Positions 16,823 to 27,343 of a stretch of DNA of 64,000 bases are shown here, piece after piece. Each line of letters begins with the position of its first letter. Position 1 is the first letter of the stretch. Source of the DNA: Roseibacillus sp. GTDB lineage: Bacteria; Verrucomicrobiota; Verrucomicrobiia; Verrucomicrobiales; Akkermansiaceae. The stretch covers positions 96,001-160,000 of the forward strand of contig CBDEUM010000022.1 of NCBI GenBank assembly GCA_965242925.1, written 5' to 3'. The notes beneath the pieces are model-generated. The model worked only from the letters and a program-made list of their open reading frames with translations. It did no database searches and had not been told where the DNA came from. The translations under genes and the position numbers were made by a program.

Positions 16823-17872
16823 ATGATCCGTTTCCTGTTCCTGCTCACGCCGCTGACCGTTGCTCTCTGGGCCGCCGAACCCGCCGTGACTCTGGAGAAC
16901 CACATTCCCCCGGAGGCCAACACCGCCACGGAATCGCTCCGCAAGGAATTCTCCTACGAATCCGCCGCTCGCGCTGCCGACCACGCCGCAATGGACTGGC
17001 AGGAGTCCCACAGTTGCATCACCTGCCACACCAACGGGTTTTACCTCGTGGGGCGGGCAGCCCCCGGCACCAGGGCCCCGGCCTACCTTGAGGCACGGAA
17101 GTTCGCCCGGGGATTCCTCGCTCCGCACGTCGACCCGGATGGCTCGAAGCCCAAGCGCCGGACCCCTGGTACCGAAGCAATGGTCGCTACCACCGCCTTT
17201 CTTGCCATCAGCGACATGAAAACTGACGGCAAGCTGGCAAAGCCCACCAGGCAAGCCCTCGACTACATCTGGGGACAACAGGCAGAGTCCGGAGCGTGGG
17301 AACGGTGGGCCAAGTGCAATTGGGGACCCTACGAATCAGATGATCACTTCGGAGTGTCCCTCGTTGCCCTCGCCATGGGCGTGGCAAACGGGGACGAATA
17401 CCTGGAATCGCCGGCAGCGAGGGAGGGAAACCGTCGCCTGAAGAAATTCCTCCGCGAGCATCCGCCCGTTTCGCTCCACCAGAAAGGCATGCTCCTGTGG
17501 GCGGCAGGCTATCGCGATGACCTCACCGACAAAATGACGGTAAAGAAGTGGCAGAAGGAACTCTTCGCCGCCCAGAAGGAGAACGGAGCCTGGGTTCTGC
17601 CCGAGTTGGGGGACCAGCACTGGAAGCGTTCGGACGGCAAGAAGCAGTCTGCTGAGACCGATGCCTATGCAACCGCCTTCGCCATCCACGTCCTCGCGCA
17701 GTCCGGAGTCCTCGACGACGACCCGCGCCTCACCAAGGCCCGTCAATGGCTGAAGTCGCAGCAGCGTGCGAGCGGTCGCTGGTACACCCGCTCACCCCGC
17801 AGGGACAACAAACACTACATCTCCAACGCTGCCACCAGTTTTGCCCTTCTGGCCCTGCAACCGCAGGAATAG
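16823..17872 (+). CDS. Secreted prenyltransferase/squalene-hopene cyclase-like repeat protein with a CxxCH motif
   Basis: Signal peptide; CITCH; QW-type repeats QQAESGAW, AQKENGAW, WLKSQQRASGRW. Confidence 0.75.
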   Translation: MIRFLFLLTPLTVALWAAEPAVTLENHIPPEANTATESLRKEFSYESAARAADHAAMDWQESHSCITCHTNGFYLVGRAAPGTRAPAYLEARKFARGFLAPHVDPDGSKPKRRTPGTEAMVATTAFLAISDMKTDGKLAKPTRQALDYIWGQQAESGAWERWAKCNWGPYESDDHFGVSLVALAMGVANGDEYLESPAAREGNRRLKKFLREHPPVSLHQKGMLLWAAGYRDDLTDKMTVKKWQKELFAAQKENGAWVLPELGDQHWKRSDGKKQSAETDAYATAFAIHVLAQSGVLDDDPRLTKARQWLKSQQRASGRWYTRSPRRDNKHYISNAATSFALLALQPQE

Positions 17873-17906
17873 TTTCCAGGAGCATGCTTCATCCGCACGG
17901 GCGGAC

Positions 17907-19268
17907 CTAGGCCAGGATCTCCCGCACCACCCGACCGTATACATCGGTGAGTCGAAAGTCCCGCCCCGCATAGCGGTAGGTGAGTCGTTCGTGGTCAAGG
18001 CCCAGAAGATGCAGGATCGTGGCATGGAGGTCGTGCACGTGCACTTTGTCCTCTACCGCGCGAAATCCAAACTCGTCCGTCTCGCCATGGGTCATGCCGC
18101 CGCGCACCCCGCCTCCTGCCAGAAACATGCTGAATCCGTAGTGATTGTGATCACGGCCATTCCCGTTCTCTGAAACCGGCGTGCGTCCAAACTCTCCGCC
18201 CCAGATCACGAGAGTATCTTCCAGCAGTCCTCGCCGCTTCAGGTCGGTGAGAAGGGCTGCAATGGGCCGGTCGATGTTCCGACAGTGCTTCTTCCCCAGT
18301 TCATTATGATTGCGATGAGTGTCCCAGGGCTGACCGTCGCCGTAATAAACCTGCGTGAAGCGCACCCCTCGCTCTGCCAGCCGCCGGGCCAGAAGGCAAC
18401 CATTGGCAAAGTGCCCCTCGCCATACTCTTCCCGCACGGATTCGGATTCGCGGCTCAGATCAAAGGCTTCGCTGGCCTCAAACTGCATGCGAAAGGCCGT
18501 TTCCATGGAAGCCAGGCGGGCTTCCAATGCGGCATCGGGCCCCCGCCCTGCCAGATGCCTTTGATTGAGCTTCCTCATCAATGCCAGTTGCCGCAACTGC
18601 GCTTCTGGTCCCAGATGAGCATTGTTCAGGTTGGGAATCATCCCGTGCGGATCGAGCTTTGAGTGATTGACATAGGTTCCCTGGTACTGCGCCGGCAGAA
18701 AGGCACTGTTCCACAGGACCGAGAAGCGCACCGGCCTTCCCGGACATAGCACGACGTAACCCGGCAGATTGGCATTTTCCGTGCCCAGCCCGTAAAGCGT
18801 CCAGGCCCCCATGCTCGGAACGGTCGGAGTGATGGTTCCGTTATTCATCATGAGGAGGGCCGGGCCATGATTGGGGTTGTCCGAGTGAAGGGAGCGCAGC
18901 ACACAGATGTCGTCGATAACCTTGCCCACCCGCGGCAGAAGTTCGCTCACCGGCACACCACTCTGTCCCTGCGGAGTAAACTTGAAGGGCGAAGGCATGA
19001 TCCCTGCCGTCTTGCGCTCGGTGCGTAATTCAACCTCCCTGGGCCGGTCACCCGCATGCCTGGTGAGAACCGGCTTGGGGTCAAAGAGATCACCCTGGTA
19101 GGGGCCCCCGTTCATGAAAAGCTGTATGACCCGCTTAGCGCGCGCTCCATTATGTGGCTGTGCACTCGACGCAGATCCCAGCAGGCTGGCCAATCCAACC
19201 GCTCCCAGGCCACCACCGGTCTTCTGCAGCCAGCGGCGTCGCGAAAGATTCTGGAGAGACTCATTCAT
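17907..19268 (-). CDS. DUF1501 domain protein (Tat-like signal)
   Basis: SRRRWL, LFMNGGP..DLFDPKP, WDTH, WGGEFGRTP, GRDH, RLTDV. Confidence 0.92.
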   Translation of the reverse strand: MNESLQNLSRRRWLQKTGGGLGAVGLASLLGSASSAQPHNGARAKRVIQLFMNGGPYQGDLFDPKPVLTRHAGDRPREVELRTERKTAGIMPSPFKFTPQGQSGVPVSELLPRVGKVIDDICVLRSLHSDNPNHGPALLMMNNGTITPTVPSMGAWTLYGLGTENANLPGYVVLCPGRPVRFSVLWNSAFLPAQYQGTYVNHSKLDPHGMIPNLNNAHLGPEAQLRQLALMRKLNQRHLAGRGPDAALEARLASMETAFRMQFEASEAFDLSRESESVREEYGEGHFANGCLLARRLAERGVRFTQVYYGDGQPWDTHRNHNELGKKHCRNIDRPIAALLTDLKRRGLLEDTLVIWGGEFGRTPVSENGNGRDHNHYGFSMFLAGGGVRGGMTHGETDEFGFRAVEDKVHVHDLHATILHLLGLDHERLTYRYAGRDFRLTDVYGRVVREILA

Positions 19269-19271
19269 GAC

Positions 19272-21410
19272 CTAATCGACGAAGAGGAACTCGTTACTTC
19301 CGAACAAAGCCTGAGCATAGCGCTGCCAATTCTCATGATCCGAGGCCTCCTCCCCAGCAAGAAACGACCGAGCCATGGCGATCTCATCCTTCGTGACCGG
19401 ACGACCATATAGCAATTTGTATGCGAGTCCGATGCGGGACTCCTCACTCTCCGGCGCCTCACGATAAAGCCGTGCCGTCAACGCCTCCGCCTGCCGCCGG
19501 AAGAACTCCCCATTCAGCACGAATAACTGCTGCAGAGGCGTAATGGTTTTTTCGCGCACCGGGCTGTGCGAACCGGGATCGGGAAAGTCGTACATCTGTA
19601 ACACCGGTTCGAGGTCACGACGGTCGATCCGGCCGTAGATCGTACGCCGACAATTGTCCGCCCTGGACAGATCCAGAGGCGCCCCGCCCACCTCCAGAAC
19701 GAGCTGCCCCGTCACCTCCAGCATGGCATCACGCCAGGCCTCTACTTCCAGACGTCGTCGATTCATGCGCCAGAGCCACTTGTTGTCCGGGTCCCGGAGG
19801 GCCATCTCCGATCGATGGTCGACACTCTGCCGGTAGGTGGCCGAGGTCACAATCTCGCGGTGGAGCCATTTCAGAGACCATCCCTCCTCGATGAAGCGCG
19901 CGGCGAGATCATCAAGAAGTCCGGGATGGGACGGCCGTTCTCCCTGGGCTCCGAAATCGCTGGGCGTAGTCACCAACCCCCGCCCGAAGTGTTGCAGCCA
20001 GACACGATTCACCATCACACGGGCGCTCAGGGAAGCTCCCTCGTCAAAAATGCAGTTCGCCAACTCAAGCCGACCACTTCCCTGTGAGAAAGCCCTGGGC
20101 TCGCCCCGGGAAAGAACGCGTAGAAACCGCCGCTTCACCACCGGCCCCAGGTTTCCCGGATTTCCACGGATTTGCAACCGGAGGTCCCGGGGCACACCCG
20201 GTTTGTAGTCGAGTTTGGTTCCGAAGTCCTCCTTGGCCACCACGTGGATACTCGACTCGATGACAGCCGGGACGAGGTGATCGTAGTCGGGGGTCGATTC
20301 CTTCAGGTGGCGGATCTTCTCCTCGATCCTGCCGAGCTGTTCATCGCGATCGGGCGGGGGAGATTTCGCATCTCTCAGGCCCTTGGTCTCCTTAACGAAC
20401 TTCTCGATCTCCTTGCGTGCCTTATCAGCAACCTTCGCCCGCTCTTCAGGAATACTCGCCCGGTCGGAGCGCCGCACACTTGCGAACACTCCTGCCAGGG
20501 CGTAATAGTCGCGACTGTCGATCGGATCGAACTTATGATCGTGACAACGGGCACAGGAGATCGTCAGACCCAGAAAGGTTCGCCCCACTGCATCGATACG
20601 CTCCTCCCACTCTTCCGCCACAATCATGCGGATAACCTGTGGGGCAAGCAGCAGTTCCTTGTGATACACCGGACTGATTCCGAGAAAGCCCAGGGCCGGC
20701 ATATCCTCCAACCCTGTTTCGTCCATGAGATCAGTAGCCAGCTGCCGCTTCGCAAACTGGTCGTAGGGCATATCCCCGTTCAGGGCCCGCACGACCCAGT
20801 CGCGATAGTGGTAAGGACTACCGTGCGTAACAACCCACCGCTCCCGGACATCGGCGTAGCGGGCCACGTCAAGCCACGCTCTTCCCCAACGCTCTCCGTA
20901 GTGCGGGGAGGCCAGAAGGCGATCCACCAGTCTCGAATAGGCCTCCGGAGATTGATCGCCGAGAAAGGACTCCACCTCATCCGGCGAGGGCGGCAGACCA
21001 ATCAGGTCATAGCTTAACCTGCGAATGAGAACGCGGCGATCCGCAGCCGGGGAAGGCTGCAATCCCTCCGCTCTCATCCGGGCCTGAACAAAGCGGTCGA
21101 CACGGTTTTTCACCCAGTCGTCCGGCACAGGCGGCAGCTCCAACTTCTTCACGGGCTGGAACGACCAGAATTTCCGCCCCTTCTCAAAGTCAATGGACCC
21201 GACACTCGATTCCTCCTCCGAAAAAACCGGAACGGTGGCCCAGACGGACACAACCACTGACGCCATTACGGTCATCACAGTCTTTTGAGCGAGAATTGGC
21301 ATTGGAAAGGAGGCGCCAAGGCAAAATGCCAGACCACCGCCATGGGTGCAAGGATCCCGCTCCGGCGTTGGTATTTCCAATCGGCCTCTCCTCCCATTTG
21401 CGTTCTCCAT
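19272..21410 (-). CDS. DUF1549/DUF1553 (PSCyt2/PSD1) protein
   Basis: FWSF, RRLSYDLIGLPP, YGERWGRAWLDVARYAD, CARCHDHKFDP, ARVMVNRVW, NEFLFVD; real start probably about 21302 or later. Confidence 0.9.
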   Translation of the reverse strand: MENANGRRGRLEIPTPERDPCTHGGGLAFCLGASFPMPILAQKTVMTVMASVVVSVWATVPVFSEEESSVGSIDFEKGRKFWSFQPVKKLELPPVPDDWVKNRVDRFVQARMRAEGLQPSPAADRRVLIRRLSYDLIGLPPSPDEVESFLGDQSPEAYSRLVDRLLASPHYGERWGRAWLDVARYADVRERWVVTHGSPYHYRDWVVRALNGDMPYDQFAKRQLATDLMDETGLEDMPALGFLGISPVYHKELLLAPQVIRMIVAEEWEERIDAVGRTFLGLTISCARCHDHKFDPIDSRDYYALAGVFASVRRSDRASIPEERAKVADKARKEIEKFVKETKGLRDAKSPPPDRDEQLGRIEEKIRHLKESTPDYDHLVPAVIESSIHVVAKEDFGTKLDYKPGVPRDLRLQIRGNPGNLGPVVKRRFLRVLSRGEPRAFSQGSGRLELANCIFDEGASLSARVMVNRVWLQHFGRGLVTTPSDFGAQGERPSHPGLLDDLAARFIEEGWSLKWLHREIVTSATYRQSVDHRSEMALRDPDNKWLWRMNRRRLEVEAWRDAMLEVTGQLVLEVGGAPLDLSRADNCRRTIYGRIDRRDLEPVLQMYDFPDPGSHSPVREKTITPLQQLFVLNGEFFRRQAEALTARLYREAPESEESRIGLAYKLLYGRPVTKDEIAMARSFLAGEEASDHENWQRYAQALFGSNEFLFVD

Positions 21411-21568
21411 AAAATACTGTCTTTAAGATGCTTGTGTAGAATGAAAATCGTCCGCGCACCTCCCCTGCCTCTCCGATTCAGGGTTGGCAGACAAAAATCC
21501 ATGCCTAGACTCCCCTCCCCCACCTTCCGGAACCGATGAGCCGGTCATCTCGCACGGGAGAAGGCAAT

Positions 21569-22681
21569 ATGAAAGCAGTAGGCGTCACTCCCGATCAGAA
21601 AGAAGTTGGAATCATCGACCACTCGGCTCCCGAACTTCAGCAAGATGACGAGGTCAAAATCCGCACCCTTGATGTTGGCATCTGCGGTACGGACCGCGAA
21701 ATCTGCACCTTCGTTTACGGAGATCCTCCGGCGGGCTCCAACTATCTCGTCCTTGGGCACGAAGCGATGGGCGAAGTCGTGGAGGTAGGCTCTGAAGTAG
21801 AACACCTCAAGGTCGGGGATTTCGTGGTTCCCTCCGTGCGCCGTCCCTGCAGCGATGAGAACTGCCTGCCCTGCCGGGAAGATCTGCAGGATTTCTGTTC
21901 GACGGGCGCCTATGTCGAGCGTGGCATCAAGGAATGCCACGGATTCATGACTGAGTCATTCGTGGAGCGGGAAAGATTTCTCACCCATGTACCCCCCGAA
22001 CTCAGGAATCTCGCGGTCCTGATGGAGCCCCTCACCATCGCGGAAAAGGGCCTCGCTCAGGCCTGGGATGCACAGAGCCGTCTCCCATGGGTGCGGCATC
22101 ATGCCAACGGCAAACCCACCGGAAAGGGTCTCAATGCCGTCATTCTCGGGGCCGGGCCGATCGGAATTCTCGGAGCCATGACGATGAAAGCTGCTGGCTT
22201 TGAAACCTATGTCTACAACCGCTCTCCTCTCCCCAATCCCAAGGCCGAGATCGTAGAGGCCATCGGCGCGAAGTACATCTCCTCGAATGATGTGGCCTTC
22301 AGGGATCTTCCCGGCCTGATCGGTTCCATCGATCTGGTCTACGAGGCCATTGGCATTTCCTCGGTAGCCTTCGAGGTATTGAGTATCCTTGGAGTCAATG
22401 GGGTTTACATCTTTACCGGTATCCCGGCACCTGGAGATTCCATTCCAGTCGATGCCAATCAACTGATGCGCAGCGTCGTGCTGGGAAACCAGGCCGTGAT
22501 TGGAACAGTCAATGCCGACGACGCCTCCTTCAAGGCCGCAATCAAAGATCTCGCCTACTTCAAGAAGCATTGGCCCGAGGCAATCGAGGCCGTCATTACC
22601 AAGCGTTATGCCATCGATTCCTGTCGCGAACTTCTTCTCGACCGGGCTACCGGGATCAAGAACGTCATTTCGTTCGACTAA
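21569..22681 (+). CDS. Zinc-dependent MDR-family glucose 1-dehydrogenase-like protein
   Basis: GICGTD, GHE, Cys-rich RRPC..C..C....DFC, ERGI, GAGPIG, GTVNA; ATG at 21569. Confidence 0.85.
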   Translation: MKAVGVTPDQKEVGIIDHSAPELQQDDEVKIRTLDVGICGTDREICTFVYGDPPAGSNYLVLGHEAMGEVVEVGSEVEHLKVGDFVVPSVRRPCSDENCLPCREDLQDFCSTGAYVERGIKECHGFMTESFVERERFLTHVPPELRNLAVLMEPLTIAEKGLAQAWDAQSRLPWVRHHANGKPTGKGLNAVILGAGPIGILGAMTMKAAGFETYVYNRSPLPNPKAEIVEAIGAKYISSNDVAFRDLPGLIGSIDLVYEAIGISSVAFEVLSILGVNGVYIFTGIPAPGDSIPVDANQLMRSVVLGNQAVIGTVNADDASFKAAIKDLAYFKKHWPEAIEAVITKRYAIDSCRELLLDRATGIKNVISFD

Positions 22682-25099
22682 CGCAACGACCGCAACTGTT
22701 CTCCCGCCGGTGCATTTTCGATATAGCTGATCAGAGAACCAATCTCCTCAATATGCGGAGCGAGGAGCTTCTTCTCCCGATGCTCCCGGAGTTGGATCTC
22801 TACTTCACGTAACCGGGGCAGGAGCGGCTTGGCAGCGCCACCGTAGTTGCGGAGAATCCTGAGGCAACGCATTACACGGTTGCGCTTGCCCCAGGAATTG
22901 AGATCCAGGATGTCCAGAGAGAGCGCCATTCCTTCCTCTATCCGGTGCCGGGCCAGAAGGTCCAGGCCTTCCAGCCGGATCCCGTTTGAAAACATCACCC
23001 CGCTTGGCGCGCGTTCCACGATGGCCTTGTGAACTGCCGGGAGAAAGGGCTTCACCTCCTCGTAGCTGAGCTGGCGATAAAGAGAACCCACCGCTGCCCG
23101 GGCCCGGGCATCCGGATTGTCCAGGAGCTTCTCGACCGCAGGCCGTAGTTCTCCAAGATCAACTCCTTCCGTCGAGTGCGCCAGGAGCCCTTCCATCCCG
23201 AGAACCCCTCCCCGACAGAAAAGGCAGAAGGCCAGGTAGCGCCGGGTCATATCACGGACATCGGCCTGATCCTCCCTGGAGATCATCTTAACGAAGTCCG
23301 GAACAACCTCAACCACCGGTGCTCCAATAGCAGCCAGCGCCTGCGCAGCCTGGATCCGCAACCAGAGATCCTCACTCCACAGCAGATCCCGCAAGGGATC
23401 GAGCAGCCGGCAAACCACGTTCGCCGAGAGCGGCGATCGCCTGGCAGGCCCCATAGCGCGACTCGTATTCCACCGCGTCAAGGCGATCAATCAGTCACCT
23501 CCAGAGGCAGGTTCTCGTGCTCGGCCAGAATCTTCGCGGCCCGTCTCACGCACCACCGGCGACCAGCTCTGGAGCGCGCGGAGCAGCTGTCTGGGCGGGA
23601 GCGCCCGATAGGGCGCAAGGCCGTGGTCCCAGGAACTGAAAGCCTCGTCCTGCCATAATGGTTTCGCTGAGTTCCGTTCCCTTCAGGGCATTCTGCGCCT
23701 TTACGCCCCGACCGGTCATGAACAACCGGCCCTCCGGGAGAAGATAGGAGAGCAGAAAGGCGCCAGTGCAATCCCAGCTCGGGTACTTGTGCTCCGCTCC
23801 CGAACTGCCCGCTCCACCCTGGTAAGGAAAGCGGCCATCGTGGCTACGGTTCAGGTCCAGAACCCAGCGTTGCTCCTTTAGATAAGCCGCGACTGCCTCG
23901 GGACCGGCCCGCATGGCCCCCAACGCCCCCCAGAGGTAACTGAAGTAGTTTCCTGTGTGACCCCGCTCGCGTTCACCGTAGGAAGCCACCGTCATTCGCG
24001 AGAAGAACTTTGCTCCCAGCTCGTGGTCCTGAGCATCAAAGAGAAGAGCTGCGATCCCGTTCTTGCCATTGTCGTCGTGAAAGCGTGCCTCAGGATGATG
24101 GTCTCCATAGGGAATCGAGCCTTTTCCAATATAGAACCCGAAGAAGGTATTGCCCCGTTCGATCGCCTCATCGACTACCACCTCCTCCACTCCACACTTC
24201 TTGCCTAGAATGAGCGATAGCTGACAAACCAGTCCCGCCTGGTTGAGCGCACCATATCCACCCAGACGACCATGTTCCCTCCCATCGTTCCACTGGGGCC
24301 AGGCCATGGCATGACCCCAGGTGCCTACCCCGCTTTGACCCTGGGCCAGGCGGATGGTATACTGGTGGATGGCGGGAAGAACCTCTCGATCACCTGTGGC
24401 AAGATAATATTCAGTCAGGAGAAGGTTGGTATAACCCCAGTGCCATGATGCCATGGCGCTGGCCGGAGACATCTCCAGCTGGAGATCGGTCGGAGCCAGG
24501 CGCCGGACGTAGTCTTTCACGATCGGCAGATACTCCTCCTTCCCCGAGGCCAACAACGCCAGGACATTGATCTTGCCATCAACGCCCTCCTTCAAATTGT
24601 TCACGATGTGGATGCACCCAGCCTCTACAATCCTGGCTGACTTCTGGCAGTCCCACGGAGAGCGATCGTGGTAGTTTCCCAGAGTGCGAAGTTGGATCCT
24701 CACGGACTCCGTCTCTCCCCCGCGCCAACGCAGGAGAGCCAGTTTACCCCCCTTTTGAACCGTCTCCGCCGCGGTGACCGCCGCCCCAAAACTCTTGCGC
24801 GCATCGCCCGTAAACAATCTTCCTTCCACTCCCACCACCACATCCCCCTCCTGCAGGATTCCTGCCGCCGGGGAGTTGGGAGCCACGGAGGTGATCAGAA
24901 TCTGCCGGCTATCGGTGGTTTCCAGGTTCCAGCCCCAGATCCATCCCCGCGCCCCGGTAGGTCCCAGGTTCCAGTCGTGGGCCCCATCGGGGCGGTCACC
25001 TTGCGTCAAGTCCGGGACCGGCCCCTTGGCGGCCAAGTCACCCAAGCCCCATCCCACAATGAGGAGGCTAATCAGGATCTGGAAAGATGGGTTTCGCAT
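22678..25099 (-). pseudogene. DUF6288-like secreted protein (PDZ + alpha-barrel + HEAT repeats), broken by four +1 frameshifts at about 23640, 23544, 23495 and 23404 (probably sequencing errors)
   Basis: HDWNLGPTGARGW, PDZ segment, YGDH.P...HDDNGK, GHTGNYFS; removing four bases gives a continuous ~805-aa ORF with HEAT-like SWSPVVRERAAKIL and YGACQAIAALG. Confidence 0.75.
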
Positions 25100-25238
25100 T
25101 CTCTAGAGACGAATCCTTTTATGTCCTACGTTCGTATTAGTGCAAGCGTTTCAAAACCGAACCATAAAAATCAAGTCTTTAACCTTTATTCACAATGAGG
25201 ACAGATCCGGATGGGTCCCAAGCATCAGATAACCAGAT

Positions 25239-25260
25239 ATTCATACCATGTGAGATGAAT
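25239..25260. promoter_or_regulatory. Inverted repeat ATTCAT-N10-ATGAAT in a divergent promoter region (possible operator)
   Basis: Seen in the AT-rich intergenic region between the DUF6288-like gene and the histidine kinase. Confidence 0.3.
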
Positions 25261-25330
25261 TTCTCCTCAATGGTTACAATCCTCGGTTCGTTCCTCTCGT
25301 GATTCTGCCTCAACTTCGATTAACCTCTTT

Positions 25331-27343
25331 TTGATGCCACGCTCCACCCTGACCGTTCTGCTTGCGTTGGCGACTGCGCTCCCAAGCGCATTTGCCACCG
25401 AAACGAAGGCACGGTCCCTGGGAGACCGCCTCGCCCGTCTGGTGAGTCCCGGAATACGCCGGATCGACAAACACGTGGCCCGCATCGAACGGACACTCCC
25501 CTCTCTTCCCGCACTCTACAACGGGCCACGGGGATCACGATTTGGGTTCCATAGCGAAACAATAGCCAATCAGGACGAGCCGCACCATTTCCAGATCGAT
25601 CTGGGCGAGTCCCGTCCGCTTGATGCGGTAGTTCTGGTCCCGGTGCTCCTGCCTACCCGTGGGATAGAGGGCGAAGGCTACGGATTTCCCCTGCGCTTCA
25701 AAATAGAAGTCTCCGACTCTGCCGGTTCCGGGTTCCAACCCGTTGCGGATCACACCGATTCCGACTACCAGAACCCGGGACGCTATCCCATCAAGTTCCC
25801 CGCCGAAGGACTGAGCGGACGCTATGTCAGGGTGACTTCCACCAAGCATCTGGCCGCCAAGGAAGGGTTCATCTGGGCCATGGAGGAAATCATGGTCCTC
25901 GCGGGGAACTATAACATCGCCTCCTACAAGCCACGCTCCGCCACCAGCAATCAGGAGCTTTTCCCCAACTGGTCGCTGCAACGGGTCAATGATGGTATCA
26001 GTCGTCTGAGTCATCCCCACAACACCACCCCAAGCCCCTCCAACGGGTTCCTGAGCGCGCCCTCGGAATCGGGGCAGGATCCCAAGTGGATCGTCATCGA
26101 CCTGGGAGAATCCCTTCCTGTTGAAGAAATCCGCATCATTCCAACCTCATCCGAAGATCCTGAAGTAGTTGGAGGACGCGGCTTCCCTGAGGCGCTTGCC
26201 CTGGAGCTCTCCAATGATCCGGATTTCGAAACCACCGTGTGGCGAACGACCAAGTACCGGCATCCTCTGGGCTATCCATGGAACTCCGCTTTCGTTCGTC
26301 CCTGCAACGGTGAGTCAGGGCGATACATCCGAGTCATATCCAACGAACTCTTTGCACGGGGCAACCTCCATAGCCTTGCGATCGCGGAAATCCAGGCCTA
26401 CCTCGGGGGAACCAACGTGGCCCTCTGGCGAGACGTCAAAGTGAGCGACCAGACTTCCAGGAACGACACCGATCGCTGGGCTCCCAAGTATCTGGTAGAT
26501 GGCTGTTCCAGCACCCACAGGATGATCGAAATCCCCGACCACATTGCTCTCATCATCGAACGGGGAATACTGGAGCGCGAGCGGGTGCAACTCCTCCGGC
26601 GACAGGAGGAAGACATCGAGTTTGCTTTGGCCAGCGTGACCACCGGGGCAGGAACTATCAGCGGAGTGGCTCTTTTCGGCTGGATCTGGATGATCTTCCG
26701 CCAGCGGACGGTGCGCTTGAGAGATTCCGAAAAACTACGCAAACAGATTGCCCGGGACCTGCATGACGATATCGGAAGTAACCTCGCAGGCATCGTTCTC
26801 ATCAGCGAGGTTGGGCGCAGCAATCAGGAGGCCAGCACGGAAATCCGTGACGACTTTCGCGAGATCCACGAAACGGCCGAACACACTTCTGACGCCATGC
26901 GTGACATCGTATGGCTCATCCACGCGGGCGAGGCCACCACCCGAGATCTCTTCATGAAGATGCGGGAATCCGTAGGCCTGATTGTCGGTAATCTTGAAAC
27001 GTCGATCCGGTCCAGTCCTCCTTCATTCAAGAGCCGTCCCATCGGCCTGGAGGCCCGACGGCACTTTTTCTTCGCCTTCAAGGAGGCCCTTAACAACGTG
27101 CGGAAGCATGCTCAGGCGACTACCGTCGAGGTCCTTTTCGAATTGACCCCTCATCAGGTGACCTTCGAGGTGGCAGATAACGGCGTCGGGTTTGAACCTG
27201 ACAAAGTAGACCGTTCAGGTCACGGACTGGAAAATTTTCGCCGCCGGGCAGATCGAGTGAATGGACAATGTGAAATCAAGAGTATCCCAAAACAAGGGAC
27301 TACGGTAAGATTCTCTGCACCCTTAAAGTATAAGAACCAATGA
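25331..27343 (+). CDS. Sensor histidine kinase (HisKA_3) with extracytoplasmic F5/8 type C (discoidin)-like domains
   Basis: Two QIDLG/VIDLG...GRYVRV/GRYIRV domains, a TM helix, IARDLHDDIGSNL, EALNNVRKHA, DNGVGF, GHGL. Confidence 0.92.
   Translation: MMPRSTLTVLLALATALPSAFATETKARSLGDRLARLVSPGIRRIDKHVARIERTLPSLPALYNGPRGSRFGFHSETIANQDEPHHFQIDLGESRPLDAVVLVPVLLPTRGIEGEGYGFPLRFKIEVSDSAGSGFQPVADHTDSDYQNPGRYPIKFPAEGLSGRYVRVTSTKHLAAKEGFIWAMEEIMVLAGNYNIASYKPRSATSNQELFPNWSLQRVNDGISRLSHPHNTTPSPSNGFLSAPSESGQDPKWIVIDLGESLPVEEIRIIPTSSEDPEVVGGRGFPEALALELSNDPDFETTVWRTTKYRHPLGYPWNSAFVRPCNGESGRYIRVISNELFARGNLHSLAIAEIQAYLGGTNVALWRDVKVSDQTSRNDTDRWAPKYLVDGCSSTHRMIEIPDHIALIIERGILERERVQLLRRQEEDIEFALASVTTGAGTISGVALFGWIWMIFRQRTVRLRDSEKLRKQIARDLHDDIGSNLAGIVLISEVGRSNQEASTEIRDDFREIHETAEHTSDAMRDIVWLIHAGEATTRDLFMKMRESVGLIVGNLETSIRSSPPSFKSRPIGLEARRHFFFAFKEALNNVRKHAQATTVEVLFELTPHQVTFEVADNGVGFEPDKVDRSGHGLENFRRRADRVNGQCEIKSIPKQGTTVRFSAPLKYKNQ

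Noticed and set aside
16799..16825. Another in-frame TGA with 7 open codons between 15518-16801 and 16823-17872
   Set aside because: The upstream protein ends like a complete propeller, the downstream ORF has its own ATG and signal peptide, and no SECIS-like hairpin follows.
19266..19274. DUF1553 and DUF1501 genes in frame across TAG-GTC-ATG (possible amber readthrough)
   Set aside because: The upstream protein ends with the normal EFLFVD terminus and the downstream one has its own Tat-like signal; this is ordinary tight packing.
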